From contig CAWHXP010000008.1 of NCBI GenBank assembly GCA_963833425.1, positions 32,001-96,000 of the forward strand: a stretch of 64,000 bases of DNA, read 5' to 3'. The notes under the pieces were generated by a model. That model searched no databases, had not been told where the DNA came from, and saw only the letters and a list, made by a program, of their open reading frames with translations. Numbering within the stretch: position 1 is the first letter of the stretch; every line of letters starts with the position of its first letter. Both the position numbers and the translations under genes were made by a program. This DNA comes from an uncultured Methanosarcinaceae archaeon. GTDB taxonomy: Archaea; Halobacteriota; Methanosarcinia; Methanosarcinales; Methanosarcinaceae. Of this stretch, positions 1-10,668 are shown piece by piece.

Positions 1-745
1 TCTCTTCAGCTTGCGTATCCACTTTCCCATAATTTTTAATGGAATAAAAAAATTATAGCTTCTTTAATACCAGAGAATTTAAATAGACGGTTTTGTGAAG
101 CTACTATTTTGTCTTATGGATAGTAGAATAATTATTACGAAAAGAGATATTATTTAACTTTTTACTTCTGGAGCGATGCAACGAGAATCATTTATTTTAC
201 TGATCAGGAATAAAGGGTTTTGGGATAATTCTATCAAATTCAGGAATATTTTTTAAAGAATTCTCTTGTGCAAATCCAGGCAGGTTGACTACAAATTTTA
301 ATCTGTATCCATAAAATTAATCTATTAGACGACTATTTTTTATTATCTACACAGTTCTTATTATCTTTTCAATATTTGCTAAAAATTTAATTGTAAAAAC
401 TTGTACATTCTTATAAAACTATAGAAAGCGAGTTATCAATATTTAGCTCGAAGAGTTCTGGATTTGTAGCAGTTTCTACTAATTTATAGGGAATCGATTC
501 TATTAATGGCTTTTAGCACTAGATTGATGAAAGGCTTCCTCTTATTTAAAAGTTTAAAAACCACGTAATTAGCTAGTGAATTCCATCGTTCTGATCTATA
601 ATAAGATATTTCTAAGTGAGAAAATATTATTTATTGACTCTGCACATTTTTTCATGATGGAAGATTAAAGGATACAGAGTCAAACAAATTTTACAAAAAT
701 TTCCATGCACAGTCAAAACTTCTTTGATGTGCCAAACGTAGTAAT

Positions 746-1408
746 CTACTTGTTAAGTTCAATCGCTTTTTGATATGCTTTTCTGGCTTCATCGTACTTG
801 CCTAAGTTCGCAAGAGCTGCGCCTTCTTTGTTCCAAGCATCTGGATTTTTAGGATCAAGTCTCACGGCTTTGTCGTATGCTTTCAACGCTTCATCGTATT
901 TGCTTTGTTGAGAAAAAGCGTCTCCTCTATTGTTCCAAGCTTTTGAATCTTGTGGGTTGATTTCAGTTGCTTTTTGATATGCTGCCATTGCTTCATCCGA
1001 TTTGCCTAATCTCTCTAGAGCTTCACCTTTGCCGAGCCAAGCCGTTGAATTCTGTGGATTAGTTTCGATAGCTTTTTCATACTTTTTTATTACTTCATCT
1101 GATTTTGTTACATTCTGTGGTTTAATTTTATATGCTTTTTCGTATGCATTTGCTGCTGCATCGGATTTATCCAAATTATCTAGAGCAACTCCATTATTTG
1201 AATCTTGCATCATTTTTTTACTATAGTTTGATAATGAGTCATCGAGTTTATTGAAATCAGTTACAACGTTTCCTTTATTATTTCTAAACATTGAATCCTG
1301 CGTCGCGCCTGCGATACTCACTAAGATTAAAAAAGTTACCACAGTGATGCCTAAAACCGTTATAACGGTATGCCTTTTACTTGCTTTATCATATGTTGCT
1401 TTTTTCAT
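746..1408 (-). CDS. Secreted or membrane-anchored tetratricopeptide repeat (TPR) protein
   Basis: N-terminal hydrophobic segment, then TPR consensus repeats (AW..KG.AL..LG...EA...Y.KA.E.NP). Paralog of 51690-52409. Confidence 0.85.
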   Translation of the reverse strand: MKKATYDKASKRHTVITVLGITVVTFLILVSIAGATQDSMFRNNKGNVVTDFNKLDDSLSNYSKKMMQDSNNGVALDNLDKSDAAANAYEKAYKIKPQNVTKSDEVIKKYEKAIETNPQNSTAWLGKGEALERLGKSDEAMAAYQKATEINPQDSKAWNNRGDAFSQQSKYDEALKAYDKAVRLDPKNPDAWNKEGAALANLGKYDEARKAYQKAIELNK

Positions 1409-2356
1409 TTTCAGTCTCCTGGTAGTTTTTATAGATTAATGACGGAAAACTACTAAACAAATATACAATGTTAATACATCTTTCTATAAATTAAACATTT
1501 CTACTTAAAAATTATATTTTGTAATGTATTAAAATAACTTTGTATCATTTTCTTTGCAGAACCTCTCAAATGCTTCAATTCTACTACATTCTTTCAAATT
1601 TCAAGGCAGATATTCAGAAAAGAATTCAGTCTGAATGCAGAGACAAGCCAAGAAAAGCTACATTGTAAGGTTGAACATAGCTATAAAAAGCAATGATGAA
1701 TTGATTTTGGCAGTGTGCCTAAGTTCTATAAACATGATCGGTTCTTAATACCTTTCTTTTGCAACAAAAAACAGAATTTAGAGTTAATGTTCTACTGACA
1801 AAGTTTTTGCGTCAAAATCTATGAATTTCTTAGTTCCATCCGAAATACAGAAACCTTTTCAAATCTAAGACTCGAGAGCTTATGGAACCCAAAGAGCATG
1901 TGTAGCATATGGAGCTCATGGAACACTTGAAAATGATGAACTAGATTATAATCATAACAGAAAATTTCATAACAGAAGATTTCAGAAATAAATATGTATA
2001 GTGCTTCTGAACAATACTAAAAGCAAGAATAAATTGAATCAGAAAGTTATTTTTTCTGTACCATAGTCTAACTTAAAAGAGTTAAAAATAACTCTATCCA
2101 TTTACGTTCAGTATAAAAAACTTCTTACTATGTTTTACTACACTATTTTATATTAGGATTTCAGTGGCGTATTAATCTTTCACTCACAAAAGAATCGCTG
2201 ACATTTTTCGCAAGATCCGGACTAATTACTATATATACTATTTATCCAAAGTTATTCCTATATTGTATATATACACAAAATAGATATTAAGTCATTTTCA
2301 GCTAATCTATTACGATTCATAAGTACGCTACCAACAAAAAACCCTAAATGAATTGT

Positions 2357-2550
2357 TTTAGTGCAATTATGTGTCTGACAATGAAAAATTGTCCGGATCT
2401 ATCCGACAGATAATCTACCAAGCTGCAGGTATCTCTTACCGGTTTAGTGATTTATGTGTCTGGCAGTGAAAATTGTCATGTAGCTCTCCAACAAATAGTC
2501 CGCAGGCTGCAGGTATCTTTTTCCTGCAGTTCATGCAATCTACTTTTTTG
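2357..2550 (+). repeat. Degenerate 86-nt tandem duplication carrying the putative sRNA hairpin motif
   Basis: Units start at 2357 and 2443 (tttagtg..ttatgtgtctg.ca.tgaaaa.ttgtc ... gctgcaggtatct). Homologous to 8836-8930, 9084-9160 and 20470-20553. Confidence 0.75.
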
Positions 2551-3365
2551 GTACGTCGTTGGTGACCATAAGTCCTCAGTTATCAATTACTGTTGTATGG
2601 TCAAAGATTACGATTTCATATCTCTAGATATACCTTCGAGATAAGAGAGCTTCAGAATATTAATGGTTAAGGATGAGAGCATTATTGAAAATCACAAAAT
2701 TTCTCTTTTTCGGATTTTACGTTCAAATTTTATATCTTTTTTCCCATTCAAAAAATAAAGATAGCAACATTTAGTTTTTTTTTATTTATTACTTATTTGA
2801 GCAAAAGCTATGTTTTCTCCCATCTGAGGTAAAAAAAGTCATCGAATTTTGCTGAGTGTGTGAAAATAGGCATCTCAAGGCAACTTGCCACTTTTTGCAG
2901 AAAAATTACAAATTTCAAGAAGTTAGTGGTAGATGATTTCATGTATGAAGAACCTAATAACATTAGTATACTGAAATTTAACTTTAATTTACAGTAAATT
3001 CGCTATACTGTCAAGTTTGACTGAGAAATAAATAGCATTAATGTTAAACTAGTTAAATGATAAAATTGACAATCAGATCTTCTGGCTTTTTTAACTCCGG
3101 ATATCAATTCTACAAACTTTTGACTTTTTATCTATTCTAATCTTCCTTTAATCTTCCCGGATATAACCTTTGAATTATATATTATATATTGAATATATAG
3201 ATTTCTTTACTGAAGATAAATAATTTACTTAAATATATCTCTATATTGTGTATATGGGATATTATTATATATAATTCTATTGTAATTCGCATTTAATATA
3301 GATCACAAATAAAATATCTATATATTGATCACATACTATTAATTATTGGAAGGAGTAAATGTAAT

Positions 3366-4238
3366 ATGGTAAAAAAATTTACAAATCAAACGATCTTCAT
3401 ATTACTAGCTATTGGACTTGTAGTTTTAGGAATTGGGTGTAGTGTAGCGGCTGCTGAGCAGAAAGCTACTTCTTCTCAAACACAAAGTGTTTCTGTGAAA
3501 GGCTCTGATTCTGTTCTGCCTCTTGCACAGGCTGAAGCTGAAGAATATATGAAAGAAAACCCCGGAAAAAGTGTTTCAGTTACTGGAGGTGGATCTGGCG
3601 TTGGAATTGCCGCTCTAATTGACAAAGGATTAGACGTTGCTGATGCATCAAGAGAAATGACAACTGACGAAATCAAAAAGGCTAACTCAAACGGAGTCAG
3701 CCCAGTAAAGCACGTTATCGCTTATGACGGCATTACAGTGATTGTAAATCCAAAGAATCCTGTTACAAAGCTTACCTTTGACCAACTGCGTGGCATCTAT
3801 GGTGGTAATATCAGCAACTGGAAGGAAGTTGGTGGTGAGGACAAATCAATTGTCGTAATTTCTAGAGACAGCAGTTCTGGAACTTATGTAGACTTCAAGA
3901 GTGATATTGGATTTGCTGAATACCGACCTGATGCTCTTACCCAGGCTACTACGGGAGGAATCGTCAGCGAAGTATCTCAGAACCCCAACGCAATCGGGTA
4001 TATCGGTTTTGCATATGTCGATAAAAGCGTAAAGGTCTTAAGCGTTGATAATGGAAAAGGTGCAGTGATGCCAACTGTTGACAGTATTCAAAGTGGAAAA
4101 TATCCACTCTACCGAACGCTCCAGGTCTATACAAATGGGGAACCATCAGGACTCACGAAGGAATTCGTCGACTTTGAGTTGAGTCCGAAAGGACAGGATG
4201 TTGTGAAAAAAGTTGGTTACATCCCTCTCAATAAGTAA
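3366..4238 (+). CDS. pstS: Phosphate-binding protein, PstS family
   Basis: Signal peptide; motifs KGSDSV, GGGSGVGI, DASR, SRDSSSGT, IGYIG, YPLYR. RBS ggag upstream. No pstCAB adjacent. Confidence 0.9.
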   Translation: MVKKFTNQTIFILLAIGLVVLGIGCSVAAAEQKATSSQTQSVSVKGSDSVLPLAQAEAEEYMKENPGKSVSVTGGGSGVGIAALIDKGLDVADASREMTTDEIKKANSNGVSPVKHVIAYDGITVIVNPKNPVTKLTFDQLRGIYGGNISNWKEVGGEDKSIVVISRDSSSGTYVDFKSDIGFAEYRPDALTQATTGGIVSEVSQNPNAIGYIGFAYVDKSVKVLSVDNGKGAVMPTVDSIQSGKYPLYRTLQVYTNGEPSGLTKEFVDFELSPKGQDVVKKVGYIPLNK

Positions 4239-4511
4239 AAACTATAAATTTTAAAAGGAAAATATATTACGGCTTCATAAAGGAAGATCGAGTGATAGGT
4301 GCTCTTCTCAGTCAGCATCTACAGATTGTTATCTTCTACTAATATTATTTTTTTTATTCAGTGTAGTTTATTTCTCTTTAAAATATATCTCTTCTGGATT
4401 TTTTCACTGGCAATTGTTATATATCTTCTAAAGCTAATTTTGATTTACTGACATTAGAATCTCAGATTAGGGTTTTCTTTTTCCTGGTTATAGTCAAAGA
4501 AATTTGAAGCG

Positions 4512-6509
4512 ATGAGCTTCAATCGGGAATGTGACATGGTTGAAAAAAAATCGATTATCTGGGAACTCGGGGAAGAGGTACTCCTCCTTCCAGAATTTGT
4601 GAATTCTGCTCTCACCGCAAATGAAAGAATTAAATATTATTTAACTCTCCTGCAGACTGCCAGAGAAAAGGCTGAACACCCGCAGCTGAAGTTTCCTTCC
4701 ATCATAACCGAGAGGGAAAATGCCGGAGAAGAAAACTCAAAGTTTGATACAATTGTTTCTGAAACTTTTAAAAAAAAGCAAGACACTTATTTTGTTCCTT
4801 TTGCCGAAGAAATTCTCTCCAGAGTATGGGATTGTATGGACGAAATCTGAAACCTCTGCTTGCTAATGGAAGGGGTGAGGGGGGAAGGAATTTGCGGCAA
4901 GGCTTGAAGAGTTAAAGAGTTAGAGAGTCAAAATTCAAGCAGGAATTTCGGCTAGAGAACCAGGAATTCTGAGAGGGGATTTCATAAGGGCTATAACTTC
5001 CGGAGACAGAGATAAAAGCGATAGCCTACACATTCTGGTCATGGACATCCACAGGATCTTAAATAAAATGCAGAAAGAACTTGCTGTTGAAAATCTCTAC
5101 GGGGCAAAAATCTATATGGTGTTAGAAGAGGACAGAGAGCTGATAATTGCTTTCATGGCTGGCGTGAACCGGACTTTTTCCCTGAAATTTGACCATCCAG
5201 GGCTTGGGACAACTGCAACCCGCATTTCCGGCAAGCTTGTGATCCAGAACGATATAGGAGAGACCGAGGCCCATGTGCTCGTGATCCATGTTATGGGGCT
5301 TGAGGTATCCGTTACTTATACCGATGTTCATTTGAGAAGGCTGCTTTTTTTCCAAAGCCTTTTCGAGGGGACAGGTATTTCCTGGGAGGATACAGTCTCC
5401 AGAGTTGCAGGCGAGAAGTTCGAAGACGATCTCTACCACCTTACAGTAGGTCGCTTCAGAGCAAAGAATAGGGAAGAGCTGAAGAACTTTCTAGCTCTTC
5501 TAGGTTCCAGAATCGTTTTTCTCATCGACTGGAATCGTGCCAGGAAAAGCCTACAAAAATTTGTTCCTAATGTAGATTGCATAAAAATACTTCGCTGGGC
5601 AGCCGAAAATGAATGCGGGCACAGGGCTTTCCTGATACTGGGCGGAGAACACCTTATCTTTGGAGCTCTTGAACTTGTTTCTAGGGTACCTCTTCCCTAT
5701 GGTGAGCCACTTTATCAGATTATTGGGAGGGAGAGGGCGACTGAATATTTCCAGTGGGTCCTGCATAGGGCTTCAAAGGGGCTGCTTGGTGGAGATCCCC
5801 TTCTTCTAATCCAGGATGAGATTAGGGCAGAGCTTCTAAGATATTTCCACTCTGCGGAGGAGGACCTTATGGATATATGCTCGGAACATGCATCTTTAAT
5901 TGTGGAAACTGCAAGGGCTGTGAATGACTCTCTTTTCCATATTAGTTATAAAAAAGATAATAAGTTTGTCCTTAGAACTTCAAACAGGGCAAAAATCTGG
6001 GAAAGCCAGGCTGAAGAGTTCGTAAATAGGATCAGAACTATTTCAAAAAGGATCGAAAATGTAGGTTTCTTTGAAAAACTGATTTTCCATATGGATGACG
6101 TTATTGACGCTCTTGAAGATGTTGTCTTTTTTATTAGCCTCATCCCTCCAGTAGATGTATCCCTGGAGATTCTAAAAATCCTGGAGACGATGGCAATGGT
6201 TGTCCTGGGAAGCAGTCGAGAGTTCCTGAAAACCGTTTACGTTTACCAGTACGGCACTCAAATTTTCACCCCTGACGAAATGCAAGCTTTTTTGCGTCTA
6301 TTGCACAGGTTATCAGCTTGGAAAGAACAGGTGATGAGGCCTTCAGCGAGACAAACAGAGTAATCTTCTAAGAGAGCACCAACTTCAAAGAAGCCATGCT
6401 TGCCCGTGAACTTGCGAGAAAAATAGAGGATGCCTCAAATTCTCTAACGCTTGCAGCCTTTACAATCAGTGAAAGGACTTTTGAAGTACACATTAGGGAG
6501 GGATATTGA
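4512..6509 (+). pseudogene. Long phosphate transport regulator-like protein with C-terminal DUF47/PhoU-like helical repeats, disrupted
   Basis: ORFs 4512-4850 and 5041-6363 plus a shifted tail ending TGA at 6507-6509 (LERTGDEAF...ELARKIEDASNSL). DUF47-like motifs WESQAE..., MDDVIDALED. Several stops and frameshifts. Confidence 0.65.
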
Positions 6510-6510
6510 A

Positions 6511-8132
6511 ATGCATGAAAATGTGCTGAGAGCTGAAAAAAAACTGCAGAAGCACGGATACTTGAATTTGGGGTTGGAAAGAGAGAATATGCTCCCAAGG
6601 AATCCTTTGGGAACAAGGGTTCAATTCTAATAGAAATGTCTTCTCTTGGCGTGCCGGTGCCCCCTGGTTTTGCCCTGAATGTCTCTGTATGTGAAGATTA
6701 CTTCAAAAATTCAAGGTATCTTCCTGATGATGTCCCTGGCATCCTCAGGCAGGGCGTTCTTTTCATTGAAAGCGTAACCAGGAAGATTTTTGGGGGCTCT
6801 CCTCCCCTCATGGTTTCTGTCAGATCTAGGGCAGCAGCTTCCATGCCAGGGTCCATGGAGACTCTATTGAACGTAGGGCTTTCGAAAAATGCCGTTAGAT
6901 CCCTCATTGCTAGAACAGGGACCCTCGGCTTTGCCTGGGACTCGTATAGGAGGTTAATTGAAGGGTTTGGAAGAATAGTGTTTTTACAAGATCCTTCCAA
7001 GTATCGGGACCTCCTAAATTCCGCAATCGATGCTGCGGGAGTTCCGGAAGAAAAAGAGCTGGATTACATGGAGTTAAGGAAACTCGCAGAGAATTATGAA
7101 CAGTTCTTCTTTGACGAAAGCGGAAAACTTTTGCCAGAGGATGTATACGAGCAGCTGGATCTTGCTGTCAGGGCAGTTCTTAATTCCTGGATGAGCCCAA
7201 AGGCAACGAAGTTTCGTAAAATCCACAATGTCAAGGGTGTTAGGGGCACGGCAGTTATTATCCAGGCCATGGTTTTTGGAAACATGGACCTGAAATCAGG
7301 TTCAGGGATAGCTTTTACAAGGAACCCCTGGACAGGAGAAAAATTTCCCGTACTCGATTTCAGATTCGAAGCACAGGGAGAGGACTTTGCTTCAGGTTCA
7401 AGAGCTGGGACATTAGGATTTGAACTGAAAACTGCTCTTCCTGTCGTTTACAAGGAGTTTGAAGGGATCGGACAAGAGCTCGAAACCCATTTTAGGGATA
7501 TGCAGGACATTGAGTTCACGGTCGAAGAAGGAAAACTTTACATCCTTCAAAGTCGCGATAGAAAACGTTCTCTAATGGCAGCCTTGATAATTGCAGTTGA
7601 CCTTGTAGATGAAGGACTCATTTCCTCTGACGAGGCTCTACTAAAGCTAGAAGTATAGACCTGAATTCCATTTCAGTGCAGAGAATCCAGACTGATAAAA
7701 CTAGCTTGGCAAAAGGTGACTCTGCGTCAGGTGGGGTTGCTATAGGGAAGATCACGTTTAGCAGCGAGAGGGCAAAGAGCCACACTTCTGGAGAAAATGT
7801 AATTCTTGTTAGGGAAATCCCGTCTCCTGATGATCTTCCAGGAATTCAAGCTTCTACAGGCTTCCTTACGTCCAGCGGAGCCAGAAATGCTCATGCAGCC
7901 GTTATAGCTCGCTAGATGGGGAAAGTATGCATTGTCAACTGCCGGGAGCTCAAACTTGATCCAGGAGGCAGGAAAATGTACCATAGGAGGAAAAGAGTTC
8001 ATGGAAGGAGACTTGATAAGTCTGGATGGGACAAGGGGGGAAGTCTATGAGGGAAAAGTTGAGGTGACGTTCGAAAAACCTGTAGAACTACTTGAAGTGG
8101 TGGATGTATGGAAACGAAAAAAATCTGCTTGA
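6511..8132 (+). pseudogene. Pyruvate phosphate dikinase-like protein (nucleotide-binding and phospho-His domains only), disrupted
   Basis: GNKGS..EM..LGVPVPPGF, VSVRS..AASMPG.METLLNVGL, QAMVFGNM, SGSGIAFTRNP, DMQDIEFT, HAAVIAR, ISLDG..GEVY. Frameshifts near 6540, 7655 and 7975; TAG at 7913-7915. Confidence 0.85.
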
Positions 8133-8167
8133 GGATAAATTTTGTTTTTCCTTAGGATTAAATTTCG

Positions 8168-8257
8168 AGAGAAATTAGATAAAATCAGATTTTTAGCTAG
8201 TTATTTATTAAAAATATATAAATAATCTCTTTTATCAGAAGTTTATCGAAATCTTCG
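8168..8257 (+). mobile_element. Degenerate copy of the ~90-bp MITE family
   Basis: Aligns end to end with 16874-16964; right end gtttatcgaaatcttc. Confidence 0.65.
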
Positions 8258-8835
8258 GTATCAAGGGCAGAAATTGATAGAATAATGTGAAAAAAGAGAA
8301 GAAATGGGTAATTATGAAAGAAGAAAGCAATGAGGCCGATTATAAATTTAGTCAGTTTAGATTCGATTACCGTCAGAAGTAAGATCTTTGAGATGGTATC
8401 TTTATCAGATGGATGGGAAGCGGAAAAGTGAATAAAAAGCTTTCGAAAAAAATCTACGAAACATCCACAAAATCTTGCTTGTTGATGCTAAATGCGTCTA
8501 CGACGATAAATTGGAGAGGTAATTGTAGGTACCAGACAGACAGAATATGTTGAGCTTTAAAAAAAAGCTGGAAAGTTTTCCAAATAGAAAGGCTGCAAAA
8601 ACAGAACTTCTTCCACTCTAAAAACAATCCAGTTATGTAATAGGAGCAAATGAAAGGTAATTGCAATGTTCTACGTGATCTGCTGAAATTTGGGCAGTGC
8701 CTTGAAATTGATGTAAATTGGGAATCAAATTTATGTATGTTGCATAAAATTTAGTTCTTCTGAAGTGAAATTTTCTACTCAACAACTTATTAAGATTTGT
8801 GATTTTACAGAAAAATCGACGCATTGGTACTTTTA

Positions 8836-8930
8836 GGCAGTGCGCCAATTTATCGAGGATCTGCCCTCCAACTCGTTTATCTGGCTGCAGGCATTTTCAT
8901 CTGCAGCTCACAAGACAATTTTTGGCAGTT
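8836..8930 (+). ncRNA. Putative structured sRNA family copy
   Basis: Hairpin gctgcagg-cattttca-tctgcagc followed by tcacaagacaattttt; homologous to three other loci. Confidence 0.4.
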
Positions 8931-9083
8931 GATACCATTTAATAAAAGCGGCTTCTGATATTTATTGTCACCGTCATGTTTCGTAGAATCAGGACCACGT
9001 AATTTTAGATCTACTTAGTTAAGTTATTACTATTTAGAATATATGCATAAGATATATAACAAATTGGATTTAGTTATCATTTA

Positions 9084-9178
9084 GAGGTTTTCAAGTACCT
9101 TAAAACAGTCTTCCAATGGCTGTGGCATCCCCCCCCACAGCTCACAGGAAAAACTTTTTGACAACCACAAGTGGTTGT
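9084..9178 (+). ncRNA. Putative structured sRNA with its own BRE/TATA promoter
   Basis: TATA-like gatatataac at 9051-9060; hairpin gctgtgg/ccacagc with C-rich loop; T-tract; palindrome acaaccac-aa-gtggttgt at 9161-9178. Confidence 0.45.
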
Positions 9179-9360
9179 AATCATAAATTCTAGAAATTTC
9201 ACAAGAATAGAGCTGCATGATTTCTAGAGAGTCTTAGAGATCCATGGTCGAAAAATGCCTGTATCCATAGACAATGATAATAATGCGGTTCTGTTGCAAA
9301 AAATCATATTAAGAAGTAATAATTTAGTTTTACAGCAAAGAACATAAAAAACAGAATGTT

Positions 9361-10214
9361 GGTTCCGTTGCAAAAATTCATAATAAGGATTCAATTGAAT
9401 AAAGAGAAAATCAATAGAACGATAATATGCTATCTAATTACTTTAAATGGAAGCATTTTGAAGGAGAAATTATCCTATTGAATGTGAGATGGTACTTAAA
9501 ATATCCATTGAGCTATAGAAATTTAAAGGAAATGATGATAGAAAGAGGAATTCAAGTTGATCACAGTACTATAATGAGATGGTTACATCAATATTCCCCT
9601 GAATTAGAAAAGAAGATAAGAAGACATTTAAGACCAACAAATGATTCGTGGAGAGTTGATGAAACCTATATCAAAGTAAAAGGTAAATGGAAATATTTTT
9701 ATCGAGCAGTTGACTCAGATGGAGACACAATTGATTTCATGTTAAGTTCAAAAGGAAGTCGAAAAGCGGCGAATAGATTCTTTAAGAAAACTTTGAGTTC
9801 TAATCACAATCAAATTCCAAGAGTAATAACCGTTGATAAGAATCCAGCTTATCCCCCTGCTATAGATGAACTGAAAAATGATAAAATACTACCTAAAAAC
9901 GTAGGCATTCGACAAATCAAATATTTGAATAACATTATAGAACAAGATCATAGATCTATAAAGAGAATCGTTAATTCAATGTTAGGATTTCAGTCTTTTC
10001 TATCTGCTAATAAGATTTTAAAAGGAATTGAAGCTATGAATATGATTAAAAAAGACAAGTCAATAATTTAAATTACTCGGTTTTTAATGAAGTCAAATAC
10101 ATTAATCAATTGTTTGGTATAGTTTTATAATGTTGGTATATTTCCCTCGGATCTTTTGACTTTTTTTATCTTCATAGATTTACATGTTTATTCTGAAGTT
10201 TTTGCAACGGAACC
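9361..10214 (+). mobile_element. IS6-family insertion sequence
   Basis: Terminal IRs ggttccgttgcaaa / tttgcaacggaacc. An extra left-end-like IR (ggttctgttgcaaa) lies at 9287. Confidence 0.9.
9427..10071 (+). CDS. IS6-family DDE transposase, C-terminus frameshifted
   Basis: WRVDETYIKV, YRAVD, DKNPAY, NNIIEQDHR motifs. Confidence 0.9.
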   Translation: MLSNYFKWKHFEGEIILLNVRWYLKYPLSYRNLKEMMIERGIQVDHSTIMRWLHQYSPELEKKIRRHLRPTNDSWRVDETYIKVKGKWKYFYRAVDSDGDTIDFMLSSKGSRKAANRFFKKTLSSNHNQIPRVITVDKNPAYPPAIDELKNDKILPKNVGIRQIKYLNNIIEQDHRSIKRIVNSMLGFQSFLSANKILKGIEAMNMIKKDKSII

Positions 10215-10348
10215 CGATCCAAAATTCTAATTTAATTAAATAAAATTTGTAAAAATTGGTTTTTAGGCAAGACGACTTTTGAAAAAATGCTTCTGTAACT
10301 ATAACACATTAGCGTACAATAATCTGAGGTATTAATTACTTAGCAAAG

Positions 10349-10433
10349 TGCGGGGGGTGGGATTCGAACCCACGAATTCCTTCGAAGCCAGATCTTAAGT
10401 CTGGCGCCTTTGACCTAGCTGGGCAACCCTCGC
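10349..10433 (-). tRNA. tRNA-Leu (anticodon UAA)
   Basis: Reverse complement GCGAGGGTTGCCCAGCTAGGTCAAAGGCGCCAGACTTAAGATCTGG...GGGTTCGAATCCCACCCCCCGCA; cloverleaf with long variable arm. Confidence 0.95.
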
Positions 10434-10668
10434 AAATTGAAGGGCATATTTTGATTTTTGCATGTTCTTAAATCTGTTTACTTTTTTTCTTCTTGGAATT
10501 ACCTTAACATATTATTTAATCTGATATGTTGTTTCTTAAATCTGTACCTTTGACCAGATTAACCAATCCTCACACTTTAGAACAAGTATTTCGCTTTTAG
10601 AGCAAAAGACTCATTATCCAGACATGCTTTAAATAGAGTTAAATTATTTAAAGCTTATTCTTTACCTT

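Noticed and set aside
7913..7915. In-frame TAG in the PPDK-like gene as a pyrrolysine codon
   Set aside because: The gene also has three frameshifts, so a CAG-to-TAG decay mutation is the simpler explanation.
10214..10349. tRNA-Leu 3' end as an integration site for an island
   Set aside because: No integrase and no duplicated tRNA 3' end found in the window.
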